DNA of 42,239 nt from Candidatus Woesearchaeota archaeon (lineage in GTDB: Archaea; Nanobdellota; Nanobdellia; Woesearchaeales; WAPY01). This document shows positions 18,851 to 27,724 of this stretch, piece by piece. The notes beneath the pieces were generated by a model. It did not search any database. It saw only the letters and a list, made by a program, of their open reading frames with translations, and was not told the DNA's origin. Each line of letters starts with the position of its first letter. Within the stretch, counting starts at the first letter, position 1. The stretch covers positions 73,775 to 116,013 of the forward strand of contig JBNAUL010000003.1 in NCBI GenBank assembly GCA_049700835.1. The letters are read 5' to 3'. The translations under genes were made by a program, and so were the position numbers.

Positions 18851-21378
18851 TTATTCCCAGTCAGGATATCTTCTGTAAAGCGCTAAATCATAACCTTTAT
18901 CTTTGAATTTTCCTTTATCGTCCAATGCTCTTCTTAGAACAATTCTATAATCTTTGTAGAAAACAAAATCAATGATTGGTGTTTTTGTTGTATAAACTGA
19001 TATTTCTAAGTTCTTAGTTTTATCTTCATAATCTTTTTTATCATCTGGTTTCAAGCTTGTAATTTGTGGTTTGTGCTTTAATTCTTTGAATTCATTTATC
19101 CTAAAACTATACTTCATTAAACCAGAATTCTTTTCATCAACAATGCTGTTTCCAGAAATCTTTCTCAATGCAAAATACACACCATGGTCAGTATAATAAG
19201 CGCTGTAAAACTCAGGCGTGTTTGATGCTAGTAAATAAGCCAATTTTCCCTCTTTGGTTGTTGGCACCACAACATTTTTATCTCTAACTCCTATCGCTGA
19301 AATATAATATTCATCTCTCAAACCGTCCTTTGTGTCAACAACAAAGAGTGCCGTAGGTTCAAATGTTGTTTCTTTCTTATCAAGAATTTCATTTATATTT
19401 TTTATTTCTGGTAATACACCGTAAATACTATTAAACCCTCTTCCATAAACTGTGCAATCAAATTTGTTTTCATTATCTTTGCATCTTAATATTTCCTTGT
19501 TTCCAGAGTTTGCTACATAAATGTAATTATTATAAGCTAAAATTCCTTTTGGACTATTAAATTTGTACATTGGTATTAAGCTTGAATCTGCTTTATAACA
19601 ATCAATGTATTTAAACATCTTTTTATTTTCATCAAATGTTATTTTGTGAATACAATTTTTATCAACATCGCTTATGTAAATGTTGTTGTTAATCATTGCC
19701 GCAGAAACCGGTTTTTTCATGTCTTCAAAGTATTGTTTGTAAAGTTCTTGTTCAGTTCCAACAACTCCTTCCTTAAATCCTAATTTTGTTATTGTAAATT
19801 CTGATTGAACAGGCCAGACCTTGGTATTAGTGCTTTTTCCTTGAATGCTAGAAATACTTGGTCTTGGATCTCCTATTTTCCATTTAATGTTGTAGTATGA
19901 AAGCTCTATTTCCGTAATTTTGCAAGTGATTTCATCTGCTGTTTTAACATAATCAACCAACTTATTTGAATCAAATTCCGCGCTGCATGTTTGTACGAGA
20001 TCAAAGTTATCCAACTTTAATTTTGAATTTTTATTTTGTTCAAGTTCAAGATTTATTGTTTCTGTGTAATCACCACAGTCTAATTTTGCAGTAACATAGC
20101 TTACGTCATTTAAATTATATGTGTTATCTTTTGGTTTATTAAAGAAATTTTCACTTGCAATTATTCTTGTTTCAATCTTAAATTTGGCTCCTAAAGAATC
20201 CTTTGCAGGATTAACTCTTAGGTTTAATATTTTTGGGTAGTTTTGATTATAAAAGTCTTCTATATTTTTAAGCATCCAAGCGTATTCTTTGCAAGTTACA
20301 TAAGAATCAGGTTTAAGAGTTCCATCAGGATATCCAACTATTAATACAACATACAACGCATATTTTAAATAGTCCGAAGCCCAGTGGTTTTCAGAATCAG
20401 AGGGCAACTCAACATATTTTAATTCATCTCTCTTTATCCCTCCATACTCGTCCTCTTTTAAATAAAGAGATTTGAGAATTATTACAACAATCTCTGCTCT
20501 TGTTATCTTGTTTTCTGGTTTGAAAGTTTCATCAGGATAACCTTCTACTATTTCTTCCTTATAAGCTTTTAGGATATAAGGATGGTAAATGTTGTCTTTT
20601 CGAACATCTAAGAAAGGAGAGTTTTTATCTTTATAGTTATCTAAATCATTTGCAGTCTTTTTTATTTCAATCAATTTATCTACCAATCTTTTAGTGGCTT
20701 CTGCTCTTATAATATAATCAGAATTCTTAACGCAAGGTTTATATCCTAATTGTTTTCCAGGACCGACCAAAGCATTCCACCTATTATAACAACTTTCCCC
20801 CCAACCTCGGGATAAAAAGTTACTTCCTTTATTTTGTTTGCGCCAACATCGCTTGATTGTTTTAAGGAATCGCAATACAGTCTATAAACTCCTGTGTTGT
20901 ATTCTTTTGAATTTTTCTTTGGATAATAATCATAAGTTTCATCATTGTATTTAATTATGCAGCATCCTTTAGCGCATTTTTCTATATCCTCGCAATTTGG
21001 ATGAAGAGGATTAAATTCGTTATTCCCGCAATCTTCTTTTGTTTGGCTTGGAACGCACTCTGTTTGCTTAATGCAACAACCCAATTGTGGAGGACAAGGA
21101 TTAGAATTCTCAACATTACTTAAATCAGTAGTTGAGGTTGTTTTTATTTCTCCATCACAGCACCAATAAACAGTCCATACTCTTCCTGAAGAATCACTTG
21201 TATATGTGGTGTTTATTGTTTGAGTTCCGCATTTGCAAGGAAGCTTTGTTATACCTAATAAATATTTTCCTTGTGGGCAAAGATCTTCGCTTTTAACAAT
21301 TCTTACTTCCAAAACAATAATTGTCAGAACCAAAACGAACAAAATTGTTTTATAGAAATCGTTTTTTTGTTTTTTCAT
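18851..21378 (-). pseudogene. Secreted surface protein (Cys-rich repeats + SLH domains + beta-propeller-like C-terminus), frameshifted at a G6 tract
   Basis: The 5' part starts at ATG 21378 (AGGTGA SD, signal peptide, GCC repeats) and stops at 20746; the 3' part carries GYPDETFKPENKITRAE and HWA..GYPDGTLKP. One extra G at 20797-20802 joins them. May be phase-variable or a sequence error. Confidence 0.7.
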
Positions 21379-21419
21379 AACATCACCTATATAAATTTTT
21401 CCATTTTTTACTTTAGGAT

Positions 21420-22622
21420 TTATAATTTCTTTAAAACTCTTGCCTTGCATAGGGTATAAACAATCATTCCAGAACTCCATGCAAAAGGGTGTTCTGATTT
21501 GTAGTAGTCAGTGAAAACAGGTTTTCCTTTATTGTCGTAAACTTCATAAACTTCATCAAATTCTATTAGTTTGTTTATTATTTTATTCATTATTTTTTCT
21601 GCTTTCTCGTCTTTAATTTTATTTCTTGCAAGAAAATCTAAGCAGCCGATCCATAACCAAGCATGTTCAAAATTATGATAACCCTTCATCCCAATCAGCC
21701 TATTGGCCCAAAAAACAAGTTCTTCAGGATACTCTGGATGGTTTGTTTTTGATGGAACAGGATAATTAATTTTGTTTTTATCAATATAATCTATGATTTT
21801 CCTGCTTTTTCTGTCATCAGCAACATCAAATATTATTGCTAAGAGGTTTCCTTCTGTTGAAAAGTAGTTTTTCCCTGCTGGCAGGAAATCAGAATAGAAT
21901 TCTTTTTCTTCATTCCAAAATTCTTTGTTTATCTGTTTTTTAAGATTAATTGCTTTTTTGTAGTATTCTTTTGCTTCTTGTTTTTTGTTCAGCAAAATGT
22001 TGATTTCTGAAAAATCTTTCAATGCTTTGTAATATAGCAAGTTGCTGTATAATACAAATCCTTGTTTTTTTATTGAATCAGCCCAACTGCAGTAATTATT
22101 CTCCATAATAAACCCAAACTTGTTTTTATTGCAGAAATTATACCATTGAATGCTCTTTCTTATCTTATCATAATTTTTTAACAAGAATTCTCTGTCCTTT
22201 GTTTTATTATAGTATTTAAGGCAAACAATAACAAGCAATGAGTTGGGATCAACGCTCTTTGCTTTTTTGAAAATTATGTCTTTGTCATTATAATATGTTG
22301 GGAACAATTTTCTGTTTTTAGTTTTAGATATTCCAAATGCATCCTCAATTAGTTTTGTTATAACAGACTGCCCAATCGATATTCTCAATGGAATTTGGCC
22401 GTCTGCTCTTTGATAGTTAAAAAAAAGTTCTATGTTTTTTCTAACAATCTCAAAATCTTTAAGTTCTAAAGCTCCAAAACTTGCAAAAAAAGAATCCCTT
22501 GCCCAGTAATCAGAGAAGTGCTGTTTTCCAGCGATTATTCCATTTTCTAAATAACAATTTCTTAGTGATCTTTTTGCTATTTCAAAAGCTATTTTAATAT
22601 TTTTTGAGTTAATCTTTTTCAT
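21420..22622 (-). CDS. (alpha/alpha)6 glycoside hydrolase (amylo-alpha-1,6-glucosidase/GH100-like)
   Basis: DYWARDSFF, WADS, YHN...WLWIG, YEVYD, FAWSSG motifs. Confidence 0.8.
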   Translation of the reverse strand: MKKINSKNIKIAFEIAKRSLRNCYLENGIIAGKQHFSDYWARDSFFASFGALELKDFEIVRKNIELFFNYQRADGQIPLRISIGQSVITKLIEDAFGISKTKNRKLFPTYYNDKDIIFKKAKSVDPNSLLVIVCLKYYNKTKDREFLLKNYDKIRKSIQWYNFCNKNKFGFIMENNYCSWADSIKKQGFVLYSNLLYYKALKDFSEINILLNKKQEAKEYYKKAINLKKQINKEFWNEEKEFYSDFLPAGKNYFSTEGNLLAIIFDVADDRKSRKIIDYIDKNKINYPVPSKTNHPEYPEELVFWANRLIGMKGYHNFEHAWLWIGCLDFLARNKIKDEKAEKIMNKIINKLIEFDEVYEVYDNKGKPVFTDYYKSEHPFAWSSGMIVYTLCKARVLKKL

Positions 22623-22633
22623 TTTTTATTTAA

Positions 22634-22776
22634 CGCGCTCAGGGGGATTTGAACCCCCGACCTACAGCTTTCTTAGGATTCTCAGATAACTCTCTTCTTA
22701 CCATTTCAGGTATTTTTAAGTTCTCCTCATAAAATCCTTAGGAGGCTGTTGCCCTTCCAGACTAGGCTATGAGCGC
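22634..22776 (-). tRNA. tRNA-Arg(CCT) with ~69-nt intron at 37/38 (22670..22738)
   Basis: GCGCTCA/TGAGCGC acceptor stem, ACAGC/GCTGT anticodon stem, GGGGG-TTCAAAT-CCCCC T-arm; anticodon at 22742-22740. Confidence 0.9.
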
Positions 22777-22839
22777 TTTTAAAAGCAATGCTTTCTTTTT
22801 ATTTTAAATATTTTTGTTTTTTGTTATTTTTATTTTGCA

Positions 22840-23265
22840 ATGAATAGAATAATTTTTATATTAAAAGTTTTTTTAAAACTCATCATGAGGGTGCATACTG
22901 ATGCAAATTTCAGTTTTTTAATAATAATTCTTTCAATAACTTTGCTTAGTTTGATAACAGGATTTGAGATGGCAAGATTAGTTGGCTCTCCTTTCCAAGA
23001 TTCAAAGTTCATGTTTTCAGTTCTCTTTCTGGTTTTGTCTATTCTCATAATAAGCGTTGCAATAATGGTTCCTTATTCCCTCTATGTAATCTCCAATTTT
23101 TCAATAATAATTGGAATTCTGAAGTTCATGGAATTGGCTTTTTATTTTGTTTTTAGGAGAAATATTCTCTTAAAAAACTTTGGCATGAGCATTGTTTTAG
23201 GAGAGGTTTTAAGCGCTCTACTGCTTGTAATTGCAGGAATACTGCTGTCAAGGGTTAATGAATAA
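22840..23265 (+). CDS. Hypothetical 4-TM membrane protein
   Basis: 141-aa ORF with four hydrophobic segments; start uncertain. Confidence 0.55.
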   Translation: MNRIIFILKVFLKLIMRVHTDANFSFLIIILSITLLSLITGFEMARLVGSPFQDSKFMFSVLFLVLSILIISVAIMVPYSLYVISNFSIIIGILKFMELAFYFVFRRNILLKNFGMSIVLGEVLSALLLVIAGILLSRVNE

Positions 23266-23380
23266 AGCTTTTGAAAGATTTTCGCAAATTCTAATGCTTT
23301 CTTATAATGCTTTCTTATGTTTAAGTCAATTAAAAATAGATTATTTTAAGCGTATTTTAAGCATTGGTTAAGCCATGCTG

Positions 23381-23479
23381 AAAAATACGAAAAGGCAAGA
23401 ACTTAAGTCAAGGAATGCAGAGCGTCGCAATACTCATGCTCTTTTGGAAATTTTTTGTGCAAAACTTTTTCGTATTTTT
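23381..23479. repeat. 13-bp perfect inverted repeat with 73-nt spacer
   Basis: AAAAATACGAAAA (23381-23393) / TTTTCGTATTTTT (23467-23479). Confidence 0.7.
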
Positions 23480-23546
23480 GTATAAACTTAATAATGCGGC
23501 TTTGGTTTAATAGTTGTTATTTAATTTTTTATTTTTTTAGGTTTAT

Positions 23547-24227
23547 TTAAGATTTATGCTGCATCTTTGAATTTTCCAAGAGTTTTTTCATTATTTCCTT
23601 ATGCACATCTTCAATGCTCTGATAACCATTTATTTTTACCAAGAGCCCTTTTTTTTTGTATATTTTAAGAACCGGCTTTGTTTCCTGATTATAAACCTTT
23701 ATTCTTTGTTTTATTGCTTTTGGCTCATCATCAGCCCTCCTTACTAATGGAACCTTGCACTCATTGCACAAAGGAGGTTTTTTAGGATTATAATTCTCAA
23801 TTACATACGGTTTTCCGCACTTAGGGCATTGCATTCTTTTTGATAATCTCTTTATGATTTCCTTTTCAGGAATGTCTATGAGCAAAACAACATCAGGAGT
23901 TATTCCTTTGTTTTCAATTGCTTTGTACTGTTCTAAACTCCTTGGATAACCATTCAGTATGAAACCATTTTTGCAGTCCTTCTTTTTCAATCTTTCAAAC
24001 AAAACATCGCTTACAATCTCTATTGGAAGCAACTTGCCTGTTTTGAGGAGTTTTTCAATTTTTATTCCTAATCTGTCATGTTTCTTTGCCCTTTGCCTAA
24101 GTAGTTCTCCCATTGAAAATTGGGGAATTTTTAATCTTTTAGATAATTTTATTGCTTGTGTGTCTTTTCCAGAACCCTGAGGTCCTAAGATTATTATCTT
24201 TTTTATCTTTTTAGCCAAAATACTCAT
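23547..24227 (-). CDS. adk: Adenylate kinase, bacterial type with Zn lid
   Basis: ILGPQGSGKDTQA, SMGELLR, GFILNGYPR, CPKC..CNEC lid, RADD. Confidence 0.92.
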   Translation of the reverse strand: MSILAKKIKKIIILGPQGSGKDTQAIKLSKRLKIPQFSMGELLRQRAKKHDRLGIKIEKLLKTGKLLPIEIVSDVLFERLKKKDCKNGFILNGYPRSLEQYKAIENKGITPDVVLLIDIPEKEIIKRLSKRMQCPKCGKPYVIENYNPKKPPLCNECKVPLVRRADDEPKAIKQRIKVYNQETKPVLKIYKKKGLLVKINGYQSIEDVHKEIMKKLLENSKMQHKS

Positions 24228-24687
24228 ATTTTTTTTCTTCATTTTCATCTTTCACCCAAGAGTCCTTTATTTTGTCAATCAATTCTATCATCTGATCTTT
24301 TATGCTCAAATACCTTTCAAAACTCATTTTTATAAATTCTGCATCCTTTTCTTCATTTGTTTCAATACTCAGTTTAAAACCACTCCTCTTTATGTACATT
24401 AAATTTTTGAATATCTTAAACATTTCATTTTTTTCTTTTTTACTAAAATTTCCCGCTTCATAAACTGAATAAGATTCAGAATCAAAGTATATTACGCTTG
24501 AAAAGAAATCTATTAATAACTCAATCTTTAATAGAATATTTTCTCTTATGTTTTTCAGGATTTTTTTATTATTTACTTCCTTATCCTTTAAGTCAATCTC
24601 GTTTATGTCAAAATACTTGTCGAGCTCTTCAAATTCCGGAAGATTATACTTCTCCTTTATTTTCTCGTAATTCTCTTTTATACTCAT
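24211..24687 (-). CDS. Conserved hypothetical helical protein
   Basis: Typical codon usage; KYNLPEFEELDKYF start; stop overlaps the adk start; ends EYFG. Confidence 0.7.
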   Translation of the reverse strand: MSIKENYEKIKEKYNLPEFEELDKYFDINEIDLKDKEVNNKKILKNIRENILLKIELLIDFFSSVIYFDSESYSVYEAGNFSKKEKNEMFKIFKNLMYIKRSGFKLSIETNEEKDAEFIKMSFERYLSIKDQMIELIDKIKDSWVKDENEEKKYEYFG

Positions 24688-24759
24688 TTTCTTATTGTAA
24701 GTTTTAAATTTTTATAAACATTTGTTTGTTTTTATTTTTAAATCTTTTCAATCAGTCCA

Positions 24760-25872
24760 TCAATTCTTTAAGATTTGTTTTAAAAAAACAGTTGCATAAC
24801 AGCCCTTTTTTAGTTGGAACTCTAAAATAGCATTTCTCTTATTGTTTTCTTCAAAAAATGAATAATTAAAGTTTTCTACTCTTTCAACAGCATTTCTGAA
24901 CGAGCCCGCGCTACTAATCTCAGGAATCTTTCTTATTATGAAATCCTCTTCATTCAATTTATATTCTGCTAAAATCTCTTCAACAACATCCTTAAACTCG
25001 TAGTTTTCATTCATGCCAAAACCTACCAACGGCAATTTTAAGTTTCTTATCTTCAAGAGCTCTTCTTGCTCGGCAAAGTAGAATCTTCCAAAGTTGTAAC
25101 TCACTGTAAAGGTATTATTCAAATTTTCAAAAATAACCATTGAAAGAGCTTTGTTAAATATTAAACTTTGAACGCTGTGCACATACATCATCAGCAATTC
25201 CTTTGGAATGTTTTTCAGCGCTCCGACAAAATCATTTTTGTTCTCAATCAGGCGTTCAAGAATTTTCTTTTCAAAAATGTTCTTTGTTTTTTCTTTCAAA
25301 AGATTCTTTTGCTCCCAAAACTGATTTAGGGTTGCTTCTTCAAAACTGAATTTTAGTATAGATTTTATTGCGTTTTCAAATTCGCCTCTAAGTATGAACA
25401 GCCCAATCTCAAAATTTCTTTTTGAGAACCTCTGCTCACCGAAATAATTTGGAAACAGAACGCTTTTACTTTTGCTGCTCTCTATGTTTTTCATTTCCTC
25501 TTCGCTTAAATCCCTTGCAATGATTTTGAATTCATTCCTAATCAAATCCCCCAATAAAAGTTTCTTTTCGCAGTATCCAAGAAATTCAAGCCTGAAATTT
25601 CCAAAATCAAAATTCCTGTTCAGTCCGTTTCTCTTTTTTATTGTTATGTATTGTTCAGTAATTGCCTTTTTGTCCTTGCTTCCGCTGAAACCTATTTCAG
25701 AGTTTTTCAACCTTAAAGTTTTTCTTATACGGTATAGTGCTTCGTGGGTTGAGCAATTTTGTTTTTTTAAGAGATAGAGCATGTGAGCCCCTTTACCGCT
25801 ATCATCAATTTTTTTTATATTGCTTATCTCCTTTACCAAAAAGTCCTGTGCATTTTCTTTTATGACTGCCAT
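24760..25872 (-). CDS. truD: tRNA pseudouridine(13) synthase
   Basis: DFLVKE, GSKDKKAITEQ, NEFKI, FPNYFGEQRF, FQLKKGCYAT. Confidence 0.95.
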   Translation of the reverse strand: MAVIKENAQDFLVKEISNIKKIDDSGKGAHMLYLLKKQNCSTHEALYRIRKTLRLKNSEIGFSGSKDKKAITEQYITIKKRNGLNRNFDFGNFRLEFLGYCEKKLLLGDLIRNEFKIIARDLSEEEMKNIESSKSKSVLFPNYFGEQRFSKRNFEIGLFILRGEFENAIKSILKFSFEEATLNQFWEQKNLLKEKTKNIFEKKILERLIENKNDFVGALKNIPKELLMMYVHSVQSLIFNKALSMVIFENLNNTFTVSYNFGRFYFAEQEELLKIRNLKLPLVGFGMNENYEFKDVVEEILAEYKLNEEDFIIRKIPEISSAGSFRNAVERVENFNYSFFEENNKRNAILEFQLKKGCYATVFLKQILKN

Positions 25873-26042
25873 TTTTATCAGATTTTTCATGCATTTCATA
25901 TAACTTTTATTCTTTTTGCTATATTTTATCTTAAGTTGAGCTTGCTCATTTTTAAATCTTTATTGCACAAATTAAAAACAAAAAGTTTTAAAATGTGGTT
26001 GAAATATCATTCTAAAATCAAATAAAAACAAAATTCGACTTT

Positions 26043-26128
26043 GCGGGGGTAGCAAAGCCTGGTCAAATGCGCAGGACTTAAGATCCTGTCCCTTAGTGGG
26101 TTCCTGGGTTCAAATCCCAGCCCCCGCA
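26043..26128 (+). tRNA. tRNA-Leu(TAA)
   Basis: GCGGGGG/CCCCCGC acceptor, CAGGA-CT-TAA-GA-TCCTG, long variable arm, TTCAAAT loop. Confidence 0.97.
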
Positions 26129-26191
26129 TAATATTCACATAATCGCACAATATTTATTTTTAAAATTTTAAATCCAATTTTGCCTCTGTTT

Positions 26192-26263
26192 GCCTCTGTA
26201 GCTCAGTGGTAGAGCACCACCTTGGTAAGGTGGGGGTCGCGGGTTCAATCCCCGCCAGAGGCT
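26192..26263 (+). tRNA. tRNA-Thr(GGT)
   Basis: GCCTCTG/CAGAGGC acceptor, CCACC-TT-GGT-AA-GGTGG. Confidence 0.97.
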
Positions 26264-26485
26264 TTTATTAAGATTGCTTTTACTAAGATTTTTTAACTAT
26301 AAAAATCCAAGAATGCTGCATGAAACCAAAAGCATTATTTTCTTTTTTATTTAATCTTATTTTCTCTTATTGCGTTGAAAATGCTTTCATTGGCTTTGAA
26401 TTTTTAAAATCTCTCAATCGAAATCTTTAAATAAGCATTTAATTTTTCCTTTAACAAAATTTGATTTAAATCGTTGTTTGTTTTA

Positions 26486-26590
26486 GGGCCCGTGGTTTAG
26501 TGGCTATAACGTCACCTTGACGATAAAGTATGCTAACAAAATATTTTATCAAAATGGTGAAAGTCCCCGGTTCGAATCCGGGCGGGCCCA
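26486..26590 (+). tRNA. tRNA-Val(GAC) with 32-nt intron (26523..26554) and canonical BHB
   Basis: GGGCCCG/CGGGCCC acceptor, TCACC/GGTGA stem; BHB central helix TTGA/TCAA; intron stem TAAAGTAT/ATATTTTA. Confidence 0.95.
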
Positions 26591-26655
26591 TTTGAATTTA
26601 AGTTTAAATTTTGAGTTTAAAAGCATAAGAATTCAAAATTGAAAATAAAAAAGGG

Positions 26656-27705
26656 GTGGTTTTCATAAAAAAGATTAATCTCTTTTTTTTGGTGTTTGCG
26701 CTGGCCCTATTCATACTCATTTTTTTAATGCTGATTCCGTATACAAAGACAATAATCGCTTCTGCAACGATCGCTTACATATTTTACCCTCTTTACAAAA
26801 AACTCTTAAAGTTGATAAAAAACAAAAGTTTAACATCTCTGTTTATGCTAATCATAGTTTTCATGATCGTCATAGTACCATTGTTTTTAATATTTGCAAA
26901 TTTGATTTCAGAAGGAAAGAGAGTTTACAGCGATTTTAAATCTCAAGTTATTGAGGTGCAAACCCTGAATTTTATGGAAAAACTGAATCTCAGCGAAAGA
27001 TTTTCTTTTATAAATTTTGAAAAGATAATTGAACAGATAAGTGCTAATTTTCAAAAAGTTTTATTTTCATTAACCTCAAAGGTGCTAACAGCAATTCCAA
27101 ATCTTCTACTCCATTTGTTCATAGGACTTTTTGCCATGTTTTTCTTTTTTAAGGATGGAGAAGTAATGATTACTAAGTTCAAAGAAATTCTTGGTCTGCC
27201 AAAGCACCACCATGATTTTTTGAGCAAAGAAGTTTCTGATATGGTTTATTCAACAATCTATGGAAACATAATTGTTGCTTTAATACAATCAATCGCAGCA
27301 TTGATTGGTTACTTTATTTTCGGGGTTAAAACACCTGTTTTATTTGGAGTACTAACCTTTTTTGTTTCTGTTTTGCCTTATGTCGGAGCTCCCCTTGTTT
27401 GGTTTCCTATAAGCGCGCTGATGATTGTTGAAGGCTTGTTATTCAATTCTCCAAAGTTTTATAATGGAATAGGATTGATGCTTTGGGGCTTTTTTATTGT
27501 AAGCACGATAGACAACATAACAAAACCAAAAATTATTGGGGACAAGGCAAAGCTTCATCCTCTCTTGGTGCTTTTGGGAATAATAGGCGGAATAAGGGTT
27601 TTTGGATTCATAGGAATTATAATAGGACCTGTTGCCTGCGCTTTGGCTTCAGCAATAATAAAACTACAACTAAAACACGGTTTTGAACTATGGTTAAAAG
27701 AATAA
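26656..27705 (+). CDS. AI-2E family transporter
   Basis: Multi-TM; FFFFKDG, LPYVGAPLVW, DNITKP, HPLLVLLGIIGG..FGFIGIIIGP. Confidence 0.92.
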   Translation: MVFIKKINLFFLVFALALFILIFLMLIPYTKTIIASATIAYIFYPLYKKLLKLIKNKSLTSLFMLIIVFMIVIVPLFLIFANLISEGKRVYSDFKSQVIEVQTLNFMEKLNLSERFSFINFEKIIEQISANFQKVLFSLTSKVLTAIPNLLLHLFIGLFAMFFFFKDGEVMITKFKEILGLPKHHHDFLSKEVSDMVYSTIYGNIIVALIQSIAALIGYFIFGVKTPVLFGVLTFFVSVLPYVGAPLVWFPISALMIVEGLLFNSPKFYNGIGLMLWGFFIVSTIDNITKPKIIGDKAKLHPLLVLLGIIGGIRVFGFIGIIIGPVACALASAIIKLQLKHGFELWLKE

Positions 27706-27724
27706 AAAATTTTGGGGTGAATAG

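Noticed and set aside
21379..21480. N-terminal extension of ORF 20746..21480
   Set aside because: Overlaps the glycoside hydrolase; SD and signal peptide support ATG 21378.
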